NCBI RefSeq assembly: GCF_036321535.1
Contig: NC_087445.1
Span: 52,328,001-52,392,000 of the forward strand
DNA: 64,000 bases
Origin: Camelus dromedarius
Taxonomy: Eukaryota
Direction of reading: 5' to 3'
Positions 1-13,260 of this stretch are shown here, in pieces. The notes beneath the pieces were generated by a model. It saw only the letters and a list, made by a program, of their open reading frames with translations, had not been told where the DNA came from and ran no database searches. Position 1 is the stretch's first letter. Every line of letters begins with the position of its first letter. The position numbers and the translations under genes were made by a program.

Positions 1-2111
1 CCACAGAAAGGACTTTTAGATAGAAAATCAGTCTATGAAACAGACAGAAATGGCGCCATTCTGGTGGAAAGCAGTGGGAGAGCTGGGATCCCCGAGTCCT
101 TGGCTTCCCTCCCCTGTTGCAGTAGGTAGTCATGTACCTCCACAGAACCCTTCACTTTTCCTCAACAGTTTGAAAACCATTGAATTTTTTCATTAACCAG
201 CTATTCTGATGCTCTGTGGACTTTATCAGTGGGAACCCAGCTTACTGCAGATCTGGTAAAGAGCAGAAAATTTCCTGAAAATTTTATCTTAGAGACAAGC
301 CTCAGAAATGATTTAATTATTTCTGCAAATTGATTCTACTCTTTATTATTTTCTATAAAAGAGAATTTGAAATTTAGATCAAAACACAAGTACTCATTAA
401 TTTTTCTCTATAGGTTATGAGAATTATAGAACTTGGAAAATTATCTAACAGTAATGTTTAATGGCTTGTAATTCACTTTTGTTATTGACTATAAACATTG
501 ATGTATTAATATTTTTATATTTAGAGGTTGCCATAGTATATTTCTGTTTCTTACTTCCCAGCTGGTTATAATTCATATTCAGCTGCTACGTAGAATGAAA
601 TTGTAAGATAAACAAATTTAAAGTTCATAATTAAATACTGAAAATGTTCAAAGTGGCAATGACATAAATCGGCCTAAGACGTAAGTTTTTCTCAAGAGCA
701 AAGCTCATATTTTGCAGTTAGTAATGGAAAGCTGTTGGCTGTGGCTGAGATAGGTGAATATTTACCTGTTTCCTGGCATCAATACTTTATCTCCATTTTT
801 TTAACTTAATAATTTATTTTGAAAGAAGACATTATGATGACCTTATTTTCTTTCTAAGAGTGCTTCCAGAAAAATAAAACCCTGAAAAGAATTTATAATA
901 AACCTTATTTTCTCAAATAGTGAGATTAATTTAAATAATTCTTTTTTATCAACTCTATGCTGAATATGTTACTCATCACTTTTTCAAGGTGACTTTCATT
1001 TTTAAAAATCAATATTTCACTCAGTGAAAATATTATGGAATGAGACATGATAATTAGCATAAATAGATTACTTCTGTAATGCCATCCAAAGTACACAAAC
1101 TCTCCCCGTAATCATCAATCTTTCATTTTAGGGAAAGTGGTTGTTTGACTTAGCTAACAATAAAGCATAATGCCGCCCCCTGCCCAACATATGAAGACAT
1201 CAATTAATATCTTAGCATCAGCTGGGTATAGGACCCACACTGAGAGCCAGCCAAGACAGAGTTTCCATTCCTGAGGAGTTTATAGAGGACAGAGGAGCAA
1301 GAATTATAAGAATTTACTTTGTCTTAATGACAATGCTGAGATGCCCAACTAATTACTGGGCATCTGTGCTCTTTAGCCCAGCCAGGCAGACACAGTTGGG
1401 GCAGGTGCTCAGTTTTAGGCAATTCCAGAAAGTATGCTCCAGCTCCCAGACAGGTGGCATCAATCCAAAGCCCAACCTTGACAACCATTCTCGAGATTCA
1501 GGCTTGGGTCCTTGCATGCAGCAGCCATGAGAAAGCTGCCTCCGGAAGACAGAAGGCTGTGTTCAGCTAATGGACACTCTGCCAGCGAGGGGGTGGCAGA
1601 GCTCGATTTACTGAATGCCTCTTGAAGCAGCCACAGAGTAGAAAAATTCAAATCATTTCAGGCAGCTCACACATTGCGGCTGCTGGGGAGGTGTCTGTTG
1701 CTATCGCTGTCTGCAAGGAGATGATGCTCAGTTTTCTGCATAAGGTTGAATCATTGTTGGAAACCCAAACAAAATGAGAGAAGCTGTACTTAACTCTTCC
1801 TGAAGAAACACTTTAAAAGAAAAATGATATTGCACAGATGTCTTTCTTGTGAGATTATTTATTTATAATAGCAGAAAAATGCAAAATAAAAAAATTCAAC
1901 GGGGTGTTTAAATGCACTATGATTTATCACTGCAGGGTCCTATTGGGCTGCCAGTACAGTGATAATTATGGAAACTACCTAGTAACAAGGGAAAATGGTC
2001 TTGAAGGACATGAAGTGAATAAAGTAGGAAATACATGGATCATGTGTTTTGTTTAAACTGTACTGAAAAATTGGAATGTCAATAGAAGCAGTTAAAAATG
2101 AACATAAACAA

Positions 2112-2657
2112 AGGAGTACTGAATTTGGACTCAGAAAAATCTGAATTTATAATCTGGATTTGTCATTTATGATCTGCACTTGGGTAGACTGATCAGACAT
2201 CTTGAACCTCAACGTTGTAAAATGGCCGTAGTGACATTAACCTCACACAGAGGCTGTGAGTGTCCACTGGCATGACGCCTGTCATCTGTACAGTGCAGTT
2301 ATCAGGGTGGGCTTGCAACCAGGCAGCTTGCTCAAACTCTGGTTTTGCCACGTATTATGTAGGGAACCGTGGACAAGTTAATGAGCTCGTGATGCCTCAG
2401 TTTCCCTCCTGCTAAATGGGATGTTTGGTTTAGGGATTAAAAGCATGGATGTAGGAGCCAAATGTTTGGGTTTGAATCGATTACTGATTTTGGCGAGTTC
2501 CTTAACTTCTCTGGACCTCAAGCGCCTCACGTGAACTGAGGATAAAATAGTACTGACTTCATAAACTGTTATTAAGATGACGATTTAATTTGTTTAAATG
2601 TTTTTGGGACAGTAGCTGGCATGCAATAAGCACTTAATAAATGTTAGTTATTATCAT
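2112..2657 (+). mobile_element. Three consecutive MIR SINE fragments (~2112-2262, ~2300-2425, ~2432-2657)
   Basis: MIR core-like motifs recur three times, e.g. gcctcagtttccctcctgctaaatggg and ccttaacttctctggacctcaag. The last ends in a MIR tail (gcacttaataaatgttagttattatc). Confidence 0.75.
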
Positions 2658-5600
2658 TCAGAAAAAATGGAAAACATTTGAGTTGAAGCTGCTTCTGAAT
2701 TTGAATAGGAACTGAAAGGGAACCCTGATGAAACAATTAATATGTTACTGCAGTGGGACCGCAGGGGGAATTTAGTCCTTGTTTTAGACTTCTTTATTGC
2801 TGTTGCAATTTTTGTTTATAGAATAAATCATAATATAAGATGAAGAAAAATGAACAAATCTGCCCTGTATACCATTCCCTGAGGCAAGGGCTACTCAGTG
2901 ACTGACTGATAAACTAATTGTGTTGTTGTATTAATGGCTGGTAGTGGATTAATATGTTACCCCTCCAAGGTAATATATTTGCATTTTAAATATGCACCTA
3001 TGCTGAGAGACTGCCTGATGTGGAATTATCAGAACCTTGGTACAGACGAATGTGAGGAAGTTTTTGATTCAAAGGAAACTTCAGGCATTGCTTCAGTCAC
3101 CATGTCTTGGTGTTTGAGAATCATACAAAGGAGAGCTAAATTCTGGATGGCGCTGAGGCTGCCTACAGCCGTTCTCTGTCTGATCAATGAGGCTGCACAG
3201 AGTTGGAGGAAAACAGCAACATCCTTCCCCACATAAAGGAATAACCACTACCTGGACTCACTGGCTTTGCCACTGCAGAAGTCATGACCACTCTGCACCC
3301 TAATTCCTTCTCTCTCTTCCATCCCCATTCCAAAGAGAAAAGCCTCTTTCAAAGAGTGACACAAATCAAATTGATCTATCCACAAAACCAATACAAACTA
3401 CTGCTCTGTGTCTACAAAGTTATGTCACAAATATTTTAATGATCAAAGGATGCTAGTCAATACTCAGTGAACTAATTGTTCAAACTCAGCCTCCCTAAAA
3501 GCATCCTGAATCTATTCCATGGTAAATATTTATTGATTACCCATCAAAGACCGGAAAGGGGGCGCTGAATAGAGAACAAATCCAAGTTCTTGCTCACAGT
3601 TTTGTTTTTTTTGTTTTTCTGATGGGAGTTATTTCTAGAGTTTTGGAAGGTGAACTTTGCTGTGCCTGCAGTGGGTCAGCTGCAGTCACCTCCTCCCAGC
3701 AAACATGCCTTCTGTTCTTTCCTGCTCTGGCTCCCACTTCCCTGCAGCTGTCACCCAGTAAATTATTTGGCTCAGAGAACCCAAGATATTAGCAACTGCC
3801 TCCCCTGAGAACCCCAATGTCCTTATTAAGGACATCCACTCCAGTTTTTCCTAAGATATCCAGTCCTCAGGGGACCAGACCTGTCCTTAGTTCCATGCAA
3901 GTTGAGGAAGGCAGAAGATATATTTGCTCCTTGATTGTGGCCCTACTCTGTCATGAGTGCCCTCAAAGCAGCTCTTCTTGTCTCTAAGAGTCTCATTTAA
4001 GTGGATGAATAAAATTCCAGCCATCCCTCTTGACTCATGAAAACAGGTCTGACATTTGGTCCTTCATCCCTTTAATAATAGCTCTTAAACACAGGTCTAG
4101 GAGCCACATGGGGACTTGCTCCTTCCCTTGTCATTCTCCTTTTAGTGCTTCTCCCTGGGGCAAGTTTCTCCAGTTACAAAGCAGAAATGTCCCATACATC
4201 TTAGTAAGGAATGACACACTGAATTCTGTTATATCACCTCAAATGTTTTGTTATATCCTTAAGAAAAAAAAAATGAAGGACTAGAGGTGAGAAAACTGAA
4301 GTCAGTACAGCTAGGAGAAGTCCAGCTCTTGGCATTAAGGCTAAAGTAAGTCTAGGTTTGGAATCAAGAGCTACCTCTTTATTTCTCTAGAGCATGTCAT
4401 CTTCATAGTCCGTGTAAAGTACTGCCCAGTCAATTTCCCGGTGGGCAGAGCCCAACACAGCAGAAAGAGGAACCTGGGTCTTTTGATTTTATAAGACATC
4501 AGATTTCTCAGAGAGGAATCACCACCCTTGAGTGTACTATTATTTCTAATGTCCCAGTCAGATAAGTATACTTGGAACTTATGTCTTTTTCATGGAGAAG
4601 AAATTGAAAGCTTTTTGTATCTTCTGATTTTTTTCCTATTGTTTTCTGGGAATCAGTTCACAAGAAGGTGAAAGGATAATGAAGTGTGAATGGATCACAG
4701 GGCAAGTAAACTCTCAACTCTGAGACATGACTGAATGCCACAGAAGGAGACTCACCATGTGATTCTTATTTCTCAGCCCACATCTGCCTGGGAGTAAAAC
4801 AATGTGTACTAATCTTACAATAAAAATGGCACTTCTCAGCATCTTTCTGTAATGGCAGCAACTTCAGCTCCATTCCAATTCCTCTTTAAGTTCTTAGCAG
4901 AGCTGGTGGTGTCACTGAACATGCAACCATGTTATGTGTTGTCTGCTATATCCTTATCTCCTTTTCTGTCTACAGATTCCCAAAGTGGTGACTGCTGGTG
5001 AGGATGTTGGGTCCTGATGCCATGCTGAGCCTTTCCATGTCAGTGAAGCATCTATAAGCTTCCTGCCAAGCAAATGAAGTCTGTAGTACACTCCTGTAGA
5101 CTCTTAACTCTTATGGTCAGTGTTTTAGAGTGTATAGTGATACCAGCTCTTCTGTGTTTGTTCTTCCCCTGAAAGTCATGTTTTGGACTACCAAGGCTGG
5201 GACAGAAAACAATCTCAGGTACAGACGCTGTCCTGCCCTTAGACTTCTCTCGCCTCCTCATCCAGTCTCCATCATTGGCTGGTTACTCCTGGATCCAATC
5301 TGTGTGCCACTGTAACCCTCTCTATTTTGAGGGTAAAGCTTTATGAGGGACACTTGAAGGTCCCTCTTGTAAACTGATCTCTTGACTCTAGCCCAGCAAT
5401 CCTTAGGAATCACTGACTGTCTTCTACACTGGGACTTCTGGAATGACAGTGTTGAAATAATCACTTTAGTTTAGTAAGAAACTCTCTAGCTCCATGAACA
5501 TTCATTCAGCTTGTTTTCCGTGCCCTCTCTCCCCTCTACACTCCAAATTTACTCTGTTAGAAGGGATGTCTCATGCACTTCCTGGAGGGAAACTTCAGCT

Positions 5601-6819
5601 AATTACATCTTAAGAAGAAGAATGAGTAGTACTTGTTAGATCTACTGGTTTGAAGAAAGAGGTTGACTGCTGTACTGAGGGGAAAGGGTAGAGTTCTTTT
5701 CTCTAAAATGTAGAAATGTTGATACATTCTTGTGGGGAATAAATATTTATTTATTTATTTTTTTAGCAGGCATGGAGAAATCCGAGATTTCAAATTAAAC
5801 CTTTTTATATGCCATTCTAGCAGGTGTGGAATTCCCTTGAGTAGTTAAAATGGTATTTAACATTTCTTTGGATGAACTTGTTCACCTTTTTTCTAAATAT
5901 TTTCTCTCAATTATGGTGAATAGATAGATAATCTTGATAGTTCTAGTGAGCTGCATAAATATTTTTAGTTCTAAGCTTTGAAGTAGTTTCATCCATTCTA
6001 AGGAAAACGATTCCGGTTAGCACAAGTTCCTAGGAATTTTGCCTTAGGAATAGACTCAACATTTACTGCTTTGTCATTCTCTCAGCATCTTTCTTGTGAT
6101 GTCCTGAGACTACCATTCTCTGTAATTTATATTATTTACTTCTGCATGGCCTAAATAAATGTAGGATGTGCACATTAAAAAAAAAATCCTTATTTACATG
6201 AAGGTAGGAACAAAAACAAGAGAGTCCACCATAGTAAAAAATATTCAGTGCTATTTTTTCCCAATTATTCTTTAGTTTAAACAATGCATTCTTTAGGTAG
6301 ACTGCTTTGTTACTGTGACATTTATGAATTCTGGAATTTTCTTGTGTGATTTACCTTCTGACTGCTCTGTAATTGGTGGAGAATATTAAAAGAAATTCTT
6401 TTAGATAGAGGGAAAAAAAGAAACCAACAGCAATAGCCAATTATTCTGCTGTTTGAAACTGAGGCAGCCTGAAATCTTTAGAAGCAAAATCATATTCTTT
6501 TAAGGAATATTGTAAACTGTTTCTGCTTTCATCTCCTAAGGTATCCATCTACAAGTTTTTCATTTCCTATGACCCTGTTCATTCTGCTTTGCATTTAAGC
6601 CTTTGTTCATAGCTGTGGGAAATCAAAGTCTCTCAGGAGAGGAAAGGGAAGATGAATGTGTAATATGTGCAGGGTAGCCACACCACACATCTCCGCACTG
6701 CTGCTAATGAGCCCCACTCTCTTCCAGCTCCCTGTCTTTCTGCTGTGCGACTTCCTCTCATGACATGTTCTTGCTGTCACTTCCTAGACAGTGCGTATTT
6801 CTTTTTCTGGACTCGGCTC

Positions 6820-7062
6820 AGGCATGGGTTCACCAGGCAGCTTTCCCTGGCCTTCCCGGTCCAGCTAGGTGTCCTCCCCTGGGCTCCCCAGCACCATGTG
6901 CTTCCTCCATCACAGCAGATTTCTGGGTGCGTGGTTGCCTCTCTTCCTCTGTCTTCTCCATTTGAGAGGTAACACTCCGATGGCCGGGCTGCTCTTCATC
7001 TGTGAGATGCCAGGCCTAGACCAGCGCCTGTCACGCATGATTTGAGTGAATTAAATGAATGT
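6820..7062 (+). mobile_element. L2 LINE 3' end
   Basis: Pyrimidine-rich L2 3' region ending ccagcgcctgtcacgcatgatttgagtgaattaaatgaatg. Confidence 0.65.
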
Positions 7063-9289
7063 GGGCCAGTCTTGCTCTTGGAAGGGAGGAGGGGACGCCT
7101 TGCAGATTGAAGATTACATGTCTGACTTCTGGAACGTTTTACTGTTGTGGTATCTGATCTTAACAGAAAATCCTTTAGCCACTATTTAGAATCTTTCCAC
7201 AATGTTTAATACATAGGTGCTGGGAGACAGGGGTATTCTGATGTCTTCTTTTCATGTGAAGGCTCGGCATCAGGGAAGTGTTTTATTTAGATGGTTGAGA
7301 GTTATGTAGGACTAAAAGCACAGTGCTGTCAGGTGGTGCGCAGGTGGGCTGTGGGCGGGAACGAGGGAGACCTCTGGGGGTCCTGTGTGGTACTGATGTT
7401 AACCTGAGGGGTGGTGGGCCTGTCACAGAGCTTGTGTGGCACAGAAAGGGAGGGACCCTGGAGGGAAGGCCAGCACGGACTGCAGGCTGATTGGGTGGTT
7501 GAAGGTGCTGTGAGGCTGCATCCTTCTGTGATTAATAACAGGCCTGACCAAGTTGAAAGAATCCATACCGAGTTATACTTACTAGTAGCTTAAGATGCCA
7601 GAAGGCAAGCCACTCTCAGGATAGGAGAGTCGGTGCACATCCCAGGGCAGGTGTGAGGTCAGGGGTCTTGTTTGCCACCTCTCCCACCCTTGGCAGCCTT
7701 GTCATTTCACAGTTTCCCCCTGTATATTTGATACCATCTTGGGAAGAGAAACTGGGAAGTGGAAACGACCTGAGAAAATGAGACACATTTTACTCAGAAA
7801 ATAGCGACTATTTGTAATATTGACTCAGGCTAAAGTTTAAGTTGGATAAGGTTAAAAGTGTTATTATTAGTTTCCCTAATCTGTTTGGAGTTTTAGATAA
7901 ACATCAGGTTAGTTTAATAATGACGTATTTCTCCACGTCCAAGCTGAAGTATGAGTTGCTTTAGCAAACTCGTTACACATTTATCCCCAATTTAATCGAA
8001 AGTTGGTACAATGATGTCGGACTTCTCTTTGGCCACCCAAGCCTAATGTAGCTCCCTACGGGTAACCTCTGCTCCATGAACGCTGTTTTCACTTTGATAA
8101 TCTGACACAAGGTAACACAGACTACACATGTAGCAAAGCAATCCACGGCTGCATTATTTTCTTAAGATTTTGTTAATTTGCTTGTAAATGAAATGTTCCG
8201 TGTGAGCTTTGTACAGATGCAGTTAAGGATATCTTCCATGTGCACCTCAGAAAGTGAAGGCAAAAGAAATATAGCAGCATTTTTAAAGACCACAAAACTT
8301 TTGCTTACATGAAAGAAGTAAAAAGGAGAATGGTGCCAATTATCTCAATTATTCAAGAAAGCTGTTACTTTGGCCAATTTATACACAATTTCCTTTCAAA
8401 AAAAAATGCACATTTGCCTAAACGGGCAACAGCTGTCTTCTTCCCACCTGTGCCCCATTGAAAATTTCATCAATTTATTATGCCAGCATAATTTCCCCAG
8501 ACAATGCACATTCTGATTTTTTTTTTAACTGAAATTCTCCAGAAATAAAATGGAGAGTGAATGACGGAAGGGAGAATAAATGTGTTTTCAGGTGACCTGA
8601 GTTACATTATTCTGCTCATCATGTTCTTCCTCATTTACAAAAGTAAAGTGAAATAGAAAATTGAAGCAATTATCTAAATAATCCAGGCTCTCCGTCTTGG
8701 GCTCTCATGTCTGCAAAATGGGATGGCTGAACGTTCATTTAGGATCCTTTAGGCCTCCTGAATTTCTGTAGGCTCTGTCAGAAACACAGGTTTGGCTTTT
8801 CCTGATGCAAAACATCTGATCCAGAAGTACAGGTATCATTCGAAATTCTGGATGAGATGGGGTAAAGAAGTCATGGTTTTAATGTCTCACATGATTCTGG
8901 AGCAGTGCTCAGGAATAACTCTGCAGAGCTTCTGTTACGTTTAAGTGGCTCCTGTATTCCAGGATTGTCCAGAGCTCTGGCTGTGCTGATGATATTCTGC
9001 AATTCAGGAGCACAGTGAGCCCTCGGTACTGACTGGTGTCCTTATATCATGGACATTGTCTATTGTCTAAATACTATTGTCTCTTTATATCATGCTTTAG
9101 AATTTATAAAATGCTTTATCCTGTCACCTAAGCTCTACCTTTCCAGTTCTGTATGTGAGTCAATCTCCCCTTCTGTTAAGTGCCCAAGAACAGTGTCTTC
9201 TGCATTTTTAAAGAAATGTTTGACATTCAGGCATATCTTTTGTCTTTGTATCTTCACGCCTTCCCATATCCTGTTTCCCCATCATTAAG

Positions 9290-9620
9290 TGCCCTGTGAA
9301 CTATCCCTGGTCTTTCAATACTCATTTCAGGGGTGGTCTTTTCCATGATGTTTTTCTGACATCGCCTTCACCTCCTGCTCACTCTGGGGAGTGTGACACA
9401 TTTCTTCCTCTGCACTCCCCTCGAATTCAATAACTCCTATAGCATAAACCTGTCACATTGTGTGTAAATGTGTTACGTTCCTGTACCTCCGCTCTCGATT
9501 CTGAATTCTTTCAGGGAGATGATTTCACTCCACTCATCTTTGCATGCCCAGACCTGGCACCAGTGCCTGGCCCATATGAGATTGTGCTCTGAGGGATTTT
9601 TTTTTTAAACGAATGAAGTA
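9290..9620 (+). mobile_element. L2 LINE 3' end
   Basis: L2 3' terminus pattern ccagtgcctggcccatatgag...aacgaatgaa. Confidence 0.7.
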
Positions 9621-9879
9621 GAGAGGATAAATCTTAATATTCTTACTTTCACACTAAGATTTGGACATTTGGGAATTTGAAAGATGTCCTCAAGGGCCTA
9701 AAGCTGACAAAGGGAGGAGTGGGAGTTTGGATTTTAGTCAGCTGACCTCAAGAGAACGGTTTTTCTACCCGAGGTGTCTGCCCACCAGAAGAAGCCATGT
9801 CTTTATTGGTTCTACCTTTCTGAAATCAAAAGAGCCACATGTTTTCACTGATCTATGCTAGCTGTATATTACAGATGGG

Positions 9880-10105
9880 AAACAGCACATGTAGAGGTTA
9901 AGAACATTGACTTTGGAGCTTAGCTGCCTGTGCTAAATTTCAGCCAGCACTGCTGCCAGCTGTCTGGCTTCTCTATGCCTTATATATAAAATGAAGATAA
10001 TAGTACTCACCTCCGATGATGTTGAAAAGCTAAAGAAGTTAATTATGTTAATCATTAGAACAGTATCCAGCACAGTAAGCTCTCTCTGTGTTTGCTGTTA
10101 TTTTG
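9880..10105 (+). mobile_element. MIR SINE
   Basis: ggttaagaacattgactttggagc...tataaaatgaagataatagtactcacctc...aacagtatccagcacagtaagc. Confidence 0.8.
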
Positions 10106-10927
10106 TATGTTTATTGTTACTAAAAATGGGGAAATAAAGAATTTCTTGGTAAATGTGAAGTTTGGCTGATGAAATAGTTAATAATAATAAAAGTATCCTT
10201 AGTGGTGAAAAGGTTGAGAATTATTGGATGTACTCCTTGTCCTTCTAGCTGAACTTTAAAGATCATCAAATAAAATCAAATACTTCATGCAGCACACAAA
10301 CAGAAAATGTCTCCTTTCCAGGGAGGATACTGACGGAGGGGTACAAGTGATTTTCTTGTTGCTAGGAGCAATTTGGCAAAGAAATAATATAAGCAGACAT
10401 CATTTCGAGTAAATACTCCCTTTACAATAGTCACTGAAAAGCTATTAAACATGCCTCCAGATCAAAATTTACAGCTGAACCGACAGAGAAGATTCATAGC
10501 TTTTTGGTTTGGAAGGGGCCTCTTGTGGCTGCACAGGGAATATTTAGAGAACTCTTACTTTGCAGTGCTATGTCTTACTTAAGTGATACTACGCATGCTA
10601 AAGATTGTCTTGAAATGCGATGGAAATAAAGCATAAGGGTGATACAATAAAATCCAAATAAACTGCAGTAATATGCTAGTTTCGGGACTCACCAGCACAA
10701 CTTGGAGTCACACTGGTAAAATAACATGTCTGATTAGGTAATTAAGTCAGGGTCCTCATTTGAGATTGTGGAAATACATAAAGGCAGTGCTAGCATTGAA
10801 TGACATGAAATGGGGCGTTGCTAAGTCCTGCTGTGTGTTCATGGGATCCCTGTGTGAAAAAATAATAATGAAGCAAATATCCCTGGGGTCAAGAAAGAAA
10901 TTGAGATTGCCTATTGCTGACAGTTAA

Positions 10928-11155
10928 GAGGCAGCATGGATGAGGAGAAACAGCATCTGACTAAAGTCAGAAAATCTGGCTCTTGTCCCAGTTCTGTTCT
11001 CAGCAACACGATTTTAAGAAGTTAGGTGATCTCTGAATTCTAGTCTGTAAATTGGGGGTTATAACACCTGTCTACTTTGCAGGCTTGTGAGGATCAAATA
11101 ATACAAGGGATGGGTGGGCACTTTTGAAACTTAAAAGTGTTGAAAAAATTCAGGT
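10928..11155 (+). mobile_element. MIR SINE
   Basis: ggcagcatgg...ctgtaaattgggggttataacacctgtctactttgcaggcttgtgaggatcaaat. Confidence 0.75.
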
Positions 11156-12698
11156 TATTCCCATAGATAATTTATAAAGCGAACTCCAAAACCACGTATT
11201 TCCCATACACATAGCATACATTTCTATTTCAAGGAAGATTGAAAATGAGCTGCTTATTTGCATAAAAGGGGTAAAGTAAAAGTAATGGAGCTAGGAACAA
11301 AATGGTTAGTGTTTAACAAGTGAGCAAAAAACAATTGTGTTTTGTATTTTTCCCTAAAATGTGTCCTGGGAGGCTATATAATTGAAAATTTCTGACTCTC
11401 AAATGAGCACAGGGGATAATTTTTGAAGAGGCCTTGCTTAGCATGAGTTCCCGGGATTGCGCTCTTCAGACCCTAAGGGAAAATTGAATGGAGGGCTTAA
11501 GATTCCATTAGGAAGCAATTTTCCTCTGGCTGAGTAACTCAGGATAATACCAGCTGTGACAGGAGAAACCTTACCAGCCACCCCGGTGGCACTGTGAGAG
11601 GATAGCCCTAGCTGCAGGGCCTGTTTTTCAGACACTACACCCCTGACTCAAAGTGGGAACGGGGCCCCCAAACCCACTATCTGGGTTAGACAGCAGTAGT
11701 TTTTCATTTCGAAGCAAAAGCTTAAATCCCTAACTCAGATGTTTGACAGACTGCTGTTGGAGGGTGGAATGGGATGAGAGCTGAATGATAGGTCCTATAT
11801 GTACACTGCAGACTTTTCCTAATTCACAATTTGCCAAAGCAGAATGCATAACTAATTTCACTTTCACAAACCTGGAAACTTTTGGGAAAGACCGTGGGGT
11901 AAATATGCAAATTTGTACACTCTCACGCATAAAATGAATGAAACGACCAGTGGAAACTAGGGATATTGCCAATTACAAACATTTTAAGACTGCTTGTCAG
12001 ATATAACATAGTTTATAACACTTTCAGAGATGACCCCAGGAAACAGAACGCATACTTTTCTGGTGGGTGCTGCTGGGGCCCTGCCCTTCACTGAGCGGGT
12101 GCAGCCTTCTCCTGGTCGCTGTAAGTGTTGGCTGATGAGGACTACGGCATCCCCCTTCATCTGAGTCTCCCAGACCCCTGCAGGGGAGCCGGGACCAATG
12201 ACTAGTTGACATGGGGCACAAAAGGCTAGGTTCCTCTCCTAAAATGGAATCAATTCTGAGCTGTAGTTTTTGCTCCAGAGATTCCAAAGGGACCAAGATT
12301 AAAGTTAGACTCCAGTTGACAGATCATACCCTGCTTTAGCTTCCCTCCTCTGCCCTCTCCTGCTTTACTCGCTCCCTCCTGCGAGCACTAAGTGAAACAC
12401 ATTCGCAGTCCCCTTCTAAGTTTCTGCTTCTAGAGAACCAGATGTTTCAAAGACACCTTATCTGAGTTCACTGCTGTGGAATGCAGGTGGACGAAATTCT
12501 GGAAAATTCTACCAGTATCTTCTAATTGGGAGGGTCCAGGCACTGGAAGTATAAAAGGGCTTTGGGAAGGATTTTGGAGTTCTTTCTCCTGATAAAGGTC
12601 TGTTACAGTCTGAGACAATAGTGGTGCAGTCAAAACTACATGTTTTTCTCTGAAATAGTTTTCCACTAGCAATGTTCTGACTTGAGAAGGAAACCCAC

Positions 12699-13260
12699 TG
12701 TAGTATTTATCTATTACTACAAAACAAATTACCACAGAGTAGTGGCTTAAAACAAAGTACATTGCATGCTCAGGACTAGGAATCTGAGCATGGCATAGCT
12801 GGGTCATCTGTGTCCAAGTCTCTCACAAACATCAGTGAGGGTTTTGTCTGAGCCTGGGGTCTCACCTGAGGCTCCACTCAGGAAGGACCCATTCCCAAGC
12901 TCATGTGGTTGTTGGTGGTGTCCAGTTCCTTGTGGGCTGTCAGGTTGAGGGCCTCAGCACTTTGCAGACTGTTGGCTGAAGGCCACCCTCAATTACTCGC
13001 CACATGAGTCTCTCCAGGTGGCAGTGTACTTCATCAAAGGCAGTGAGGGAGAGCATCAATAGAGAGGGTCTGCTAGCAAGAGAATAGTTACAATCTAATG
13101 TGACATAATCACAGGTGTGACATCTCTTCCCTTTTGCTGTAGTCTATCAGAAGCTAGTCATGGACCCTGTCCACAGTCAAGGGGAGGGCATTGCACTGGG
13201 GCAAAAGTACCAGGTGGTGGAGACCACTGGGGACCCAGTTGGAGCCTGTTTGCTGCCACA
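12699..13260 (-). mobile_element. MaLR solo LTR (MLT1F-like)
   Basis: TG...CA termini (tgtagt...gccaca), near-identical 5-bp TSD cccac/tccac, and MLT1-type internal motifs (agtggcttaaaacaa, ttcatcaaaggcag). Confidence 0.85.

Noticed and set aside
1577-1601. 8-bp hairpin ctctgcca...tggcagag / CTCF-like site
   Set aside because: A short stem is expected by chance, and the CTCF alignment needs at least three mismatches.
2934-3236. 100-aa ORF / possible processed pseudogene
   Set aside because: No recognisable homology in any frame, and no poly(A) tail or TSD.
4860-5460. Possible ERVL/MaLR internal fragment
   Set aside because: Only a vague resemblance, with no diagnostic gag/pol motif readable. 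Left unannotated.
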